A model generated the notes under the pieces. That model had not been told where the DNA came from. It searched no databases and saw only the letters and a program-made list of their open reading frames with translations. 64,000 nucleotides of DNA from Alphaproteobacteria bacterium (GTDB lineage: Bacteria; Pseudomonadota; Alphaproteobacteria; SMXP01): NCBI GenBank assembly GCA_965248815.1, contig CBDFKK010000005.1, positions 119,835-183,834 on the forward strand, in the 5' to 3' direction. The translations under genes and the position numbers were made by a program. Positions 10,160-19,027 of the stretch are shown here, piece after piece. Numbering within the stretch: position 1 is the stretch's first letter; each line of letters opens with the position of its first letter.

Positions 10160-11045
10160 TTATTCAACATTCTGAACCTGTTCGCGCACTTGATCGATGA
10201 CCGCCTTCAGATCCAGGCTGATTCTCGTGAGTTCAACGTCGGCTGCCTTGGCGCAGAGCGTGTTTGCTTCCCTGTTGAGTTCCTGCATCAAGAAATCCAG
10301 ACGGCGCCCTACCGGCTTGTCATCTTGCAACAGCTCTTTCGCCGCCGTCACGTGAGCCGCAAGCCGGTCAATCTCTTCGCGGATATCGGCTTTTGTCATT
10401 AATATTGCGGCCTCCTGGGACAAGCGTTCTTCGGATAAAGCCGGTGTGTCCTCCAGAAGTTCGGCCACTTGGGCCTTTAGTCGGGCGCGCAACTTTTCGG
10501 GCAGCGCCGCCGCGCTTTGCCGCGCTGCGGATGCAAGGTCATCAATTTCCCCAAGCGCGTCGTTCAAGACTTTGAGAAGCAGTGCGCCCTCTTCGCGCCG
10601 GGCGTGAGCGAGCTTGGTGAGCGCTGCATCCAGACTTACAAGCACCGCCTCCACTCTTTTTGACCGGTCTTCGTCCGTTTCCTCGGGTTCAGAGTTCAAG
10701 TACTCCCCTTAACGCAAGAACGCCGTCGGCGCTCGGCGGCGCAATATCGTGCTCCTTTGAAATGGTGCCTAAGTACGACATGATTTTGACAAGAGCGTCT
10801 TCGTTCAGCCGTACATCGGCCTCTCCGGCCTGGCGCGTAACGTAGAGAGTAACTTGGAAATTGCCACGGCTGAAATGTTTGGAGATACGCCGGCGCAATT
10901 CGGGTTCGATGCTATCCATGCCGGTGGGCAGCCGACAACGCATATCAAGACCCTTGCCGTTGACACTCTTGATTTCCCAGTACCACGTATACGGACCGAA
11001 ATCGGCCTCTTCACGTGCAAATCCGGTCATGCTGGAAATCGACAT
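10160..11045 (-). pseudogene. yicC: YicC/YloC-family endoribonuclease, split by a frameshift near 10690
   Basis: N-terminal half (SMTGFAR, EIKSVNGKGLD) ends at TGA 10689-10691. The C-terminal half (DIREEIDRL, GRRLDFLMQELNREANT, EQVQNVE) continues in another frame from 10699. Confidence 0.85.
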
Positions 11046-11157
11046 GGGTTATGCTCGGCGCTGATAACGATAAACAGATGAGCGGCACCGACTGACTCGC
11101 CGCGTGAGCTAAACTAACGGGTCAACAAGAGGACAACAAGCCGAGCAATCGCCACTC

Positions 11158-12222
11158 TTATTGTGCATTCTTTTGCTGGCGCTCAATGCGGCGCCAGGAC
11201 GCGACGTTGCGCTGATGCTCCCGGTACGATGATGCAAAGACGTGGCCGCCCGTCCCGTCAGCGACGAAATAGAGGTCTTTGGTGTCCGGAGGATTCAGGA
11301 CGGCGGCGAGCGCATCCCGTCCGGGATTTGCAATCGGCGTGGGCAGCAGCCCGTCAATTTCATAAGTATTATAAGGCGTCACTTTTTTCAGCTCGCTTTG
11401 CCGAATGCCTCGCCCCAGAGGTTCGCCGCCCGTCAATCCGTAGATGATTGTCGGATCGGACGCGAGGCGCATGCTTTTCTTTAAGCGGTTGATGAATACC
11501 GATGCTACACGCGGCCGCTCTTCGGCGATCCCTGTTTCCTTTTCAACGATCGATGCCAAAATGACCGCCTCATCAGGAGTAGAAATGGGCAACCCTTCTG
11601 CACGGCTACTCCAAAGTTCTATCAATACGGACTGATGGCTTCGTTTCATTCGATCAACCAAATCGAGACGCGTTGTGCCACGCGGAAAGAAATATGTTTC
11701 CGGAAGCAGGCTGCCTTCGCTGGGCACATCTCCAACGTTGCCCTCAAGATTCTCATCTGACCCAATCAAACGCACAACTTGAGCGCTGGTTAAGCCTTCG
11801 GGTATCGTCAGCTTGTAAAGGAGAACTTTGCCTTCTCGAAGGATCTCCAAAATCTGTATCATGCTGGCGCCCGCGGGAATGGCATATTCACCGGCGCGCA
11901 ATTTGTTTTCGGAGCGGTGCCAAACCACGCCCAAGCGAAAGATCAAAGCGTCGCGAATGAGCCCTTCCGACTCCAATCGCTCAGCAATTTGTACGACTCC
12001 CTGTCCGAGCGGCACGTCAAAGGTTGTCGTTTCGGCGCCGCTCAGCGCGGCCGGACCTGGTTCCTCGAATTGCGTGGTTGCGTAATAGAACAATCCACCG
12101 GCGACCGCGCCAGCAAGAATCACAAAGCCCAGAAAAATGCCGCCCAGAATAAGAGCAAGGCGAAGCTTCTTACGAGGTTTCTTGGGACTTGGTTGGTTTG
12201 GCTGCTGCTCGCTCAAGGCCAC
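11158..12222 (-). CDS. mltG: Endolytic transglycosylase MltG (YceG family)
   Basis: N-terminal TM helix; LASIVEKET, FINRL...RLASDPT, TPYNTY, LYFVADGTGGH. Confidence 0.96.
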   Translation of the reverse strand: MALSEQQPNQPSPKKPRKKLRLALILGGIFLGFVILAGAVAGGLFYYATTQFEEPGPAALSGAETTTFDVPLGQGVVQIAERLESEGLIRDALIFRLGVVWHRSENKLRAGEYAIPAGASMIQILEILREGKVLLYKLTIPEGLTSAQVVRLIGSDENLEGNVGDVPSEGSLLPETYFFPRGTTRLDLVDRMKRSHQSVLIELWSSRAEGLPISTPDEAVILASIVEKETGIAEERPRVASVFINRLKKSMRLASDPTIIYGLTGGEPLGRGIRQSELKKVTPYNTYEIDGLLPTPIANPGRDALAAVLNPPDTKDLYFVADGTGGHVFASSYREHQRNVASWRRIERQQKNAQ

Positions 12223-12275
12223 AACTCAACGTTAAATTCGTTAGACCTTTAACTTTAACCCGAAAGGGTGATTCA

Positions 12276-13541
12276 TCAATTAGGCGGACCCGTCATCACA
12301 AGTGTTGCATTTGTCCCCCCGAACCCGAATGAATTCGACAGCACTGCCTTGATCTCCCGCTCGCGCGGCGCGTTGGGCACCAAATCGATTTCCGATTCGA
12401 CGGATGGATTGTACAGATTGATGGTCGGCGGCGCAACACCTCTCTGCATCGCAAGAATTGAGAAGATTGCCTCTACCGCTCCGGCGGCGCCAAGCAAGTG
12501 ACCGATCGATGATTTTGTTGATGACATGGATACGCGGCCAACCGCATTACCGAATAACCGAGCAACGGCGCCGAGTTCGATTTCATCACCCCTAGGCGTC
12601 GAAGTGCCGTGCGCGTTGACATAGTCGATGTCGGCAGGTGTCATGTGGGCGCGTTTCAGCGCCGCCACCATGGACCGATAACCTCCGTCCCCATCTTCTG
12701 CTGGCGCGGTAATGTGATAAGCGTCGCCGGACATGCCGTAGCCTCTGATTTCCGCATAGATCGTAGCGCCGCGTGCTCTGGCATGTTCAAGCTCTTCCAA
12801 GACGACAATGCCAGAGCCTTCGCCCATAACAAATCCGTCCCTGTCTCTGTCGTAGGGACGAGACGCATGCTCCGGGTCATCATTAAATCCCGTCGACAAT
12901 GCCTTGCAGGCGGCAAACCCGGCAATACCAATGGGACAGACGGCCGCTTCCGCGCCGCCCGCGACCATTACGTCAGCATCATCCAACATGATGAGGCGTG
13001 CCGCATCACCGATCGCGTGGGAGCCCGTCGAACAGGCCGTGACTACAGCATGGTTGGGTCCCTTGAAGCCAAACTCAATCGACACATGGCCTGCTACCAG
13101 ATTAATAAGACGCCCCGTGATGAAGAACGGACTAATCCGTCGAGCACCTTTTTGAAGTAGCGTAATCGTCGCCTCTTCAATTCCTGGCAAGCCCCCAATG
13201 CCAGAGCCAATCAAAACGCCGGTTCGGCATTTCTGTTCTTCTGTCTCCGCAATCCAGCCTGAATCGGCAACGGCTTGTTTTGCCGCAGCAACACCATACA
13301 AAATGAAATCGTCTACACGCCGGCGGTCTTTGGCCGGCATCCAATCGTCCGCTTTGAAAGATCCGTTGCTGCCATCGCCGGTTGGCACTTCGCAGGCGAT
13401 CTTGCACGGCATGTCAGAGGTATCGAATTTTTCGATGCGCCCGGCACCCGATTTGCCAGCCACCAGTTGATCCCAGACATGGTCAAGCCCCAACCCCAGA
13501 GGGGTGACCAACCCCATACCGGTGACAACAACGCGTCTCAT
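12276..13541 (-). CDS. fabF: 3-oxoacyl-ACP synthase II
   Basis: RRVVVTGMG, TACSTG (catalytic Cys), NAHGTST, GHLLGAAG, SNSFGFGGTN. Confidence 0.98.
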   Translation of the reverse strand: MRRVVVTGMGLVTPLGLGLDHVWDQLVAGKSGAGRIEKFDTSDMPCKIACEVPTGDGSNGSFKADDWMPAKDRRRVDDFILYGVAAAKQAVADSGWIAETEEQKCRTGVLIGSGIGGLPGIEEATITLLQKGARRISPFFITGRLINLVAGHVSIEFGFKGPNHAVVTACSTGSHAIGDAARLIMLDDADVMVAGGAEAAVCPIGIAGFAACKALSTGFNDDPEHASRPYDRDRDGFVMGEGSGIVVLEELEHARARGATIYAEIRGYGMSGDAYHITAPAEDGDGGYRSMVAALKRAHMTPADIDYVNAHGTSTPRGDEIELGAVARLFGNAVGRVSMSSTKSSIGHLLGAAGAVEAIFSILAMQRGVAPPTINLYNPSVESEIDLVPNAPREREIKAVLSNSFGFGGTNATLVMTGPPN

Positions 13542-13572
13542 TCAAGAATCCGAGGGTACGGGGCGAAAGGAA

Positions 13573-13812
13573 TTAGTCGGACTTTTCTTTGATGAATTTA
13601 ACCGCGTCGCCGACCGTTTGAATCGTTTCCGCAGCATCATCAGGGATTTCGATACTGAACTCTTCTTCGAATGCCATTACGAGTTCCACAGTATCCAGGC
13701 TGTCGGCGCCAAGGTCATCGATGAAACTGGCGTTGTCTTGAACTTTCTCCGCGTCGATATCCAAATGTTCGATCACGATCTTCTTTACGCGGCTGGCAAT
13801 ATCTTCGCTCAT
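13573..13812 (-). CDS. acpP: Acyl carrier protein
   Basis: [20 protein letters not shown] phosphopantetheine motif. Confidence 0.99.
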   Translation of the reverse strand: MSEDIASRVKKIVIEHLDIDAEKVQDNASFIDDLGADSLDTVELVMAFEEEFSIEIPDDAAETIQTVGDAVKFIKEKSD

Positions 13813-14029
13813 ATTTGTGGCCCTTTTCTAGGTAATTGATTGGTCGTTAAACGGCCGCGCTGCGCCCGAGGCTGAGAAAGGCAAACGGCCAATTACCCCA
13901 GGTATAAAGCCGATCCTCTCAAGAATTGCGGCTGTACGTAACATACTTTATCGGGAAAGACATCTTTTTTTACCCCCGAAATTTGCCCGGAATCCGCCAA
14001 ATCTCGGACTTCGAACACCAATGTTGAGT

Positions 14030-14767
14030 TTAAATCATTGCCATGCCGCCGTTGACGTGAAGCGTCTGACCGGTGATGTAGGACGCCTCCTCGCTGGCCA
14101 GAAATACGGCGCTTCCAGCAATTTCAGAACTTTCGCCTAACCGTCCGACGGGAATAGTTTGGAGAAGACGGGATTTTTGATCGTCGGACAGAACATCGGT
14201 CATTGGCGTTTCGATCATACCCGGAGCGATACAATTGATGGTGACATTACGGCTGGCCACTTCCTGGGCCAGCGCTTTGCTCATACCAATCATGCCCGCT
14301 TTGGCAGCAGCATAGTTGGCTTGCCCGGCATTACCCATCACCCCAACAACCGACGAAATGCCGATAATTCGGCCCCAACGGCGTTTCATCATGCCCCTCA
14401 GGGCGCTACGGGCAAGCTGAAAATAGGCCGTCAAATTCACTTCTAGTAGGTCATCCCAATCTTCGTCCTTAAGCCGCAGAAAGATATTGTCACGGGTAAT
14501 GCCAGCATTGCTCACGACGATATCCAAACTGCCCATGGCTTCTTCGGCGTCTTTTGGTAAGGCTTGAACGGCAGATCGATCGTTAAGATTGCATGGCAGC
14601 ACGAACGAGCGATCACCAAGTTTGACCGCAAGTTCATCCAGTTTCTCTTTACGGGTTCCCGAGACAGCAACGGCGGCACCTTGGCCATGCAGCGCCGAGG
14701 CGATGGCGCTTCCAATCGCGCCAGACGCTCCCGTCACGAGCGCCGATTTTCCCGATAGATCAAACAT
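14030..14767 (-). CDS. fabG: 3-oxoacyl-ACP reductase
   Basis: TGASGAIG, NAGITRD, NYAAAK; the ATG at 14767 (MFDLSGK) is the likely start. Confidence 0.97.
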   Translation of the reverse strand: MFDLSGKSALVTGASGAIGSAIASALHGQGAAVAVSGTRKEKLDELAVKLGDRSFVLPCNLNDRSAVQALPKDAEEAMGSLDIVVSNAGITRDNIFLRLKDEDWDDLLEVNLTAYFQLARSALRGMMKRRWGRIIGISSVVGVMGNAGQANYAAAKAGMIGMSKALAQEVASRNVTINCIAPGMIETPMTDVLSDDQKSRLLQTIPVGRLGESSEIAGSAVFLASEEASYITGQTLHVNGGMAMI

Positions 14768-14838
14768 AATTGGTCTTGCTCCTGCTAGATCGTACATCAA
14801 TCAGACTGAAAGTTTTCGCGTACCAGTCCAACGAATTT

Positions 14839-15780
14839 CTACAGAACACCGGCAAGTTGCTCTATGTCACTCGGCGTTTCGACGGGGACGGCTGTGATCT
14901 TGCGGTTGATACGTTTGGCAAGACCGCTCAAGACTTTTCCTGAACCTAGCTCAAAGACGGTGTCGACCCGGTGACTGATCATATAGTCGACGGTCTCGCG
15001 CCATCGGACCATGCCTGTCACTTGTTCGACCAGCAGTCGGCGTATGGTTTCCGGCTCGTCAACTGCAGCTGCGGTAACGTTTGCGACGAACGGCACGATT
15101 GGGGCCTCAATAGTGACGTCGGCCAATGCGTCTCGCATAACGTCGGCCGCCGGCGCCATAAGCGAACAGTGAAACGGGGCACTGACAGGCAATTCAATCG
15201 CGCGCTTTGCACCGTTATCTTTAGCGAGGTCAATTGCGGCTGCAACGGCAAGCTTCGAGCCGCTGATCACCACTTGCCCCGGTGCGTTGTCATTGGCTGT
15301 GGCACATACACCTACCTTTGCCGCTTCAGCAGCAACGGCTTTGACGTCATCGAAGTTGAGACCAATTACCGCCGCCATGGCGCCCTCGCCCACGGGCACT
15401 GCGTCCTGCATAGCAAGCCCTCGCGTCCTTAACAGGCGTGCCGCATCTTCGATGGTCAAAGACCCTGCTGCTGTCAGCGCCGAGTATTCGCCTAGTGAGT
15501 GACCGGCAACGAATTGTGCGCTCGCGCTTAAATCCAGATCTAATTCGCTCTCTAAGGCGCGGACCACAGCCAAACTGACGGCCATAAGCGCCGGCTGCGC
15601 ATTCTCAGTCAGCGTCAGCTCCTCGATGGGACCCTCCCACATTAACCTCGTGAGGCGTTGTCCCAGCGCATCGTCGACTTGTTCAAATACTTCGCGCGCG
15701 ACCGGCAACGCGTCAGCAAGCTCCTGACCCATAGACACCGCCTGGGACCCCTGACCCGGAAATGTGAATGCGTATGTCAT
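14839..15780 (-). CDS. fabD: Malonyl-CoA:ACP transacylase
   Basis: FPGQGSQ, AGHSLGEY, VSAPFHC. Confidence 0.98.
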   Translation of the reverse strand: MTYAFTFPGQGSQAVSMGQELADALPVAREVFEQVDDALGQRLTRLMWEGPIEELTLTENAQPALMAVSLAVVRALESELDLDLSASAQFVAGHSLGEYSALTAAGSLTIEDAARLLRTRGLAMQDAVPVGEGAMAAVIGLNFDDVKAVAAEAAKVGVCATANDNAPGQVVISGSKLAVAAAIDLAKDNGAKRAIELPVSAPFHCSLMAPAADVMRDALADVTIEAPIVPFVANVTAAAVDEPETIRRLLVEQVTGMVRWRETVDYMISHRVDTVFELGSGKVLSGLAKRINRKITAVPVETPSDIEQLAGVL

Positions 15781-15868
15781 ATCAACAGATACCCTCGATA
15801 GGGGCTCACAGATACAGGCGCATTCGGCACTGTCAAGGCCAGCACAAGCGGCGGTAAAGTTAGGACAC

Positions 15869-15898
15869 TTGCTTTATCAACCCGCCATGGTGTACATC
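15869..15898 (+). promoter_or_regulatory. Candidate sigma70 promoter of the rpsF operon
   Basis: TTGCTT (15869-74), 18 nt spacer, TACATC (15893-98), about 145 nt upstream of rpsF. Inferred from motif resemblance only. Confidence 0.4.
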
Positions 15899-16043
15899 GC
15901 AGCCACCACAAGGATTGTGGTCGCACCTCCAAGTCGCACTATGCGCCACCGGTAGATCGGTCCAAGGAGGCGTCGAACCATCGCTTGATTGGCCGAAGGG
16001 GCACAGCCAAGCGCCATAATCCTAGGATGGAAGGAATTGACGT

Positions 16044-16532
16044 ATGCCCCTGTACGAACACGTTTTCATAGCCCGACAAGATATCTCTCCCCAGCAAGTC
16101 GAAAGTCTCACCGACCAACTTAAAGGCATTGTTAAAGAGGGCGGCGGTGAAGTTCAAAAGGCCGAATATTGGGGCCTGCGCAGCCTGGCCTATCGCATTA
16201 AAAAGAACCGCAAGGGCCATTATGCACTTTTGAACATTGACGCCCCGCATAAGGCCATTTCCGAAATGGAACGGCAGATGCGGATCAATGAAGATGTCCT
16301 GCGATTTCTTACATTACGCGTTGATGAACTCGAAGAAGGCGAATCCGCAATGATGAAAAGCCGTGGACGCAGCGACGACCGCCGCCCGCGCGGCGACCGC
16401 CCGCACCGGGACAACGACCGGCCCCCACGTCGTCAGGACGCAGAGCCCGCAAAACCAGCCGTAACTGCGGACGCGACTGCCGAAGCGACTGCAGAAAAGG
16501 CGCCCTCTGAGGAGGCTGGAGACAAGTCATGA
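16044..16532 (+). CDS. rpsF: 30S ribosomal protein S6
   Basis: [33 protein letters not shown]; long charged C-terminal tail. Confidence 0.99.
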   Translation: MPLYEHVFIARQDISPQQVESLTDQLKGIVKEGGGEVQKAEYWGLRSLAYRIKKNRKGHYALLNIDAPHKAISEMERQMRINEDVLRFLTLRVDELEEGESAMMKSRGRSDDRRPRGDRPHRDNDRPPRRQDAEPAKPAVTADATAEATAEKAPSEEAGDKS

Positions 16533-16780
16533 GCGAAAGATCTGCCGGAGGTGGCGGGCGCCGCCCATTTTTTCGACGCCGCAAGACCTGTCCGTTTTCT
16601 GGGGCAAACGCGCCCAAGATCGACTACAAGGATATTCGTTTACTGCAGCGCTACATTTCCGAACGGGGTAAAATTGTTCCCAGCAGGATCACAGCAGTCT
16701 CGGCAAAAAAGCAGCGTGAATTAGCCCGGGCGATCAAGCGCGCCCGATTTTTGGCGCTGTTGCCGTTTGTTGTCGGTTAG
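16529..16780 (+). CDS. rpsR: 30S ribosomal protein S18
   Basis: [37 protein letters not shown]. Confidence 0.99.
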   Translation: MSERSAGGGGRRPFFRRRKTCPFSGANAPKIDYKDIRLLQRYISERGKIVPSRITAVSAKKQRELARAIKRARFLALLPFVVG

Positions 16781-16836
16781 CGGAGAGAGGAGCCGGGTCT
16801 GCGGGTAAAGTTAGCGGGCCACCTCAAAGTAATCTC

Positions 16837-17817
16837 ATGCCTTCAGTTTGGACTATAGGCGCGCTAGCTGGTTTGGCGGGCGCACTTTTGTATTTCCCCG
16901 TTCTCACGCAATCGCCTTTGTCGGGGATTGCGACTTTTGTGGCGCCCCTGCCCCTCTACCTGGCCGGCCTGTCGGCTGGTGCAATGGCAGCCGCAATAGG
17001 CACCGGTGTCGTGTGCCTTGTTTCTGCTGCCCTTACTGGTCTGCCCGGTGTCGTTTCGTATGTCGCACTCATTGGCTTGCCCGCGATGGCAATGTCATCG
17101 TTGCTTCTCCTAAATCGCGATACGGCCTTGCCGGCTGGGTCAACTCAAGTGGAATGGTATCCGGCCGGACGGACACTATGCTGGCTGGCTTGCGGCGCTT
17201 CGGTTCTGTTTTTGATCGCGGCGTTTGCCGCAATGGGGCAAGAAGGCGGCCTTAGAGCGCAAACCGAGGAACTGTTCCTACCGGCTATGGGCGGCCGGGA
17301 ACAATTCGTAGCGATGTTGGCAGAACTTCAACCGTCGGCCGATCCAGAAGTGCTAATCGAAATCATGACAGCAACGCTGCCGACGGCACTTGTCATCTAT
17401 TTGGCCGCCATGGTGGCCGCAAATGCCGGTATTGCGCAGCGGATTCTCGTTCGAACCGGGCGGGCCTTGCGGCCAAGCCCACCGATTAAGTCAATGGATT
17501 TGCCGGTGGAGCTGGATATTGCGCTGGCCCTTAGCGTCGCTCTGTCTTTGGCCCCGGGCGAAGCGGGATTCATCGGCGGTTCGTTGGCGGTTATCCTAAT
17601 GACGCCATATTTCTTATTGGGCCTCATCGTCATTCATGCTATTTCCCTGCGCTGGCCCGGCCGAGCTGCCATTCTGACGCTGCTCTATTGCGCGATGTTG
17701 TTTGTCCAGCCCCTATCGTTTCTGATCGCTGCGCTAGGTCTGATGGAACAATGGTATAGCCTGCGGCGCCAATATGGCGGTCTTGGGCCTCGCCAGCCGG
17801 GCTCTGATGGAGAGTAA
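16837..17817 (+). CDS. Polytopic membrane protein, probably DUF2232 (YybS-like)
   Basis: 326 aa with many TM segments, WYPAGR motif and C-terminal GLMEQW; lies between rpsR and rplI. Confidence 0.7.
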   Translation: MPSVWTIGALAGLAGALLYFPVLTQSPLSGIATFVAPLPLYLAGLSAGAMAAAIGTGVVCLVSAALTGLPGVVSYVALIGLPAMAMSSLLLLNRDTALPAGSTQVEWYPAGRTLCWLACGASVLFLIAAFAAMGQEGGLRAQTEELFLPAMGGREQFVAMLAELQPSADPEVLIEIMTATLPTALVIYLAAMVAANAGIAQRILVRTGRALRPSPPIKSMDLPVELDIALALSVALSLAPGEAGFIGGSLAVILMTPYFLLGLIVIHAISLRWPGRAAILTLLYCAMLFVQPLSFLIAALGLMEQWYSLRRQYGGLGPRQPGSDGE

Positions 17818-17820
17818 ATT

Positions 17821-18480
17821 ATGGAAGTCATTCTTCTTGAGCGGATCGAAAAGCTTGGTCAAATGGGCGACGTCGTTACCGTCAAAAACGGGTACGCCAG
17901 AAACTTCTTGCTGCCGCAGAAAAAAGCCCTGCGATCGACCGCGGATAATAAAGACTTATTCGCCGAGCAACGCGTTCAACTCGAAGCGCAAAACATAGAG
18001 CGCAAAAAAGAAGCCGAAGGCGTTGCCGGAAAGGTCGACGGGCAATTTTTTGTCGTCCTGCGACAAGCTGGAGAGGCCGGGCAACTTTATGGCTCGGTCA
18101 CCAGCCGCGATATTGCAGAATTGATCAGCGCCGGCGGCGTTACTATTGAGCGGCGACAGGTGATATTGGACAATCCTCTTAAAACGACCGGGGTTCATTC
18201 GGTACGTGTGAGTCTTCATCCAGAAGTTTCTATAAAGGTCAATCTTAATATTGCGCGCACAGAAGAAGAGGCGGAGCGGCAGGCGCGCGGCGAAACCACA
18301 ACCGGCGAAGCGACGCCCGAAGAAGTGGCTGCAATTGCTGCTGAAGAGGTTTTTGAAACAGAAGACCTTGCAAAAGCGGCCGAAGCTGAACTCGCTACTG
18401 ATGATGAGGCCGAAGCGGTGAGCAAAGTCGAGACCAAAGCTGAAGGCGATGACGAAGGCGCCGCAGCTGCCGACGAATAG
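17821..18480 (+). CDS. rplI: 50S ribosomal protein L9
   Basis: [30 protein letters not shown]; acidic C-terminal extension. Confidence 0.99.
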   Translation: MEVILLERIEKLGQMGDVVTVKNGYARNFLLPQKKALRSTADNKDLFAEQRVQLEAQNIERKKEAEGVAGKVDGQFFVVLRQAGEAGQLYGSVTSRDIAELISAGGVTIERRQVILDNPLKTTGVHSVRVSLHPEVSIKVNLNIARTEEEAERQARGETTTGEATPEEVAAIAAEEVFETEDLAKAAEAELATDDEAEAVSKVETKAEGDDEGAAAADE

Positions 18481-18971
18481 CCGGTTAAGGGAGTGACCAA
18501 AAGTTAGCCCGGCGTCGCTCTCAGGCGTCATACGCGCGGTGTGATTGACCTGTACAACACTTTATTCGCGCGACCCAATATTTCGACACCGCGTATCAAG
18601 CGCTGCCGCAAAATCCCCAGGCTGCGGTCTGCCAACTCATTTCTGATGGAATAGCTGATTTATTGTCCCAGGCGACAGCCAACACACGATATTGAGAGCA
18701 TTGCTTCAATTTCAAACTTACTCCCTCAAACACCAGAGCGGCACAGTCCGGCCACATGATCGATTAATGCGTATCGACGATCGGTTAGACTTGTAGTGTT
18801 GAGTTGATTCGCATCGCCGGCTGGAAATCAAAGACAGCGAGAGACACTCGACGACTGGATGTTTTGCGAAACGAGACGACGTCCAAACTTAGAAACCGAG
18901 TGCGACAGTTGCGCTGACATGAGTTGCTGACAACGAAGTGATCACGTGAAGTTTGCATGCGAAAAAATTCT

Positions 18972-18980
18972 TGTGGATAA
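18972..18980 (-). promoter_or_regulatory. Consensus DnaA box upstream of dnaB
   Basis: TGTGGATAA on the + strand equals TTATCCACA on the - strand, 9/9 match, 47 nt before the ATG at 19028. Confidence 0.65.
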
Positions 18981-19027
18981 GTCTTGATCTCGCTTTTACT
19001 CCAACTCGGGCGAGGTTAGAACAAGCT

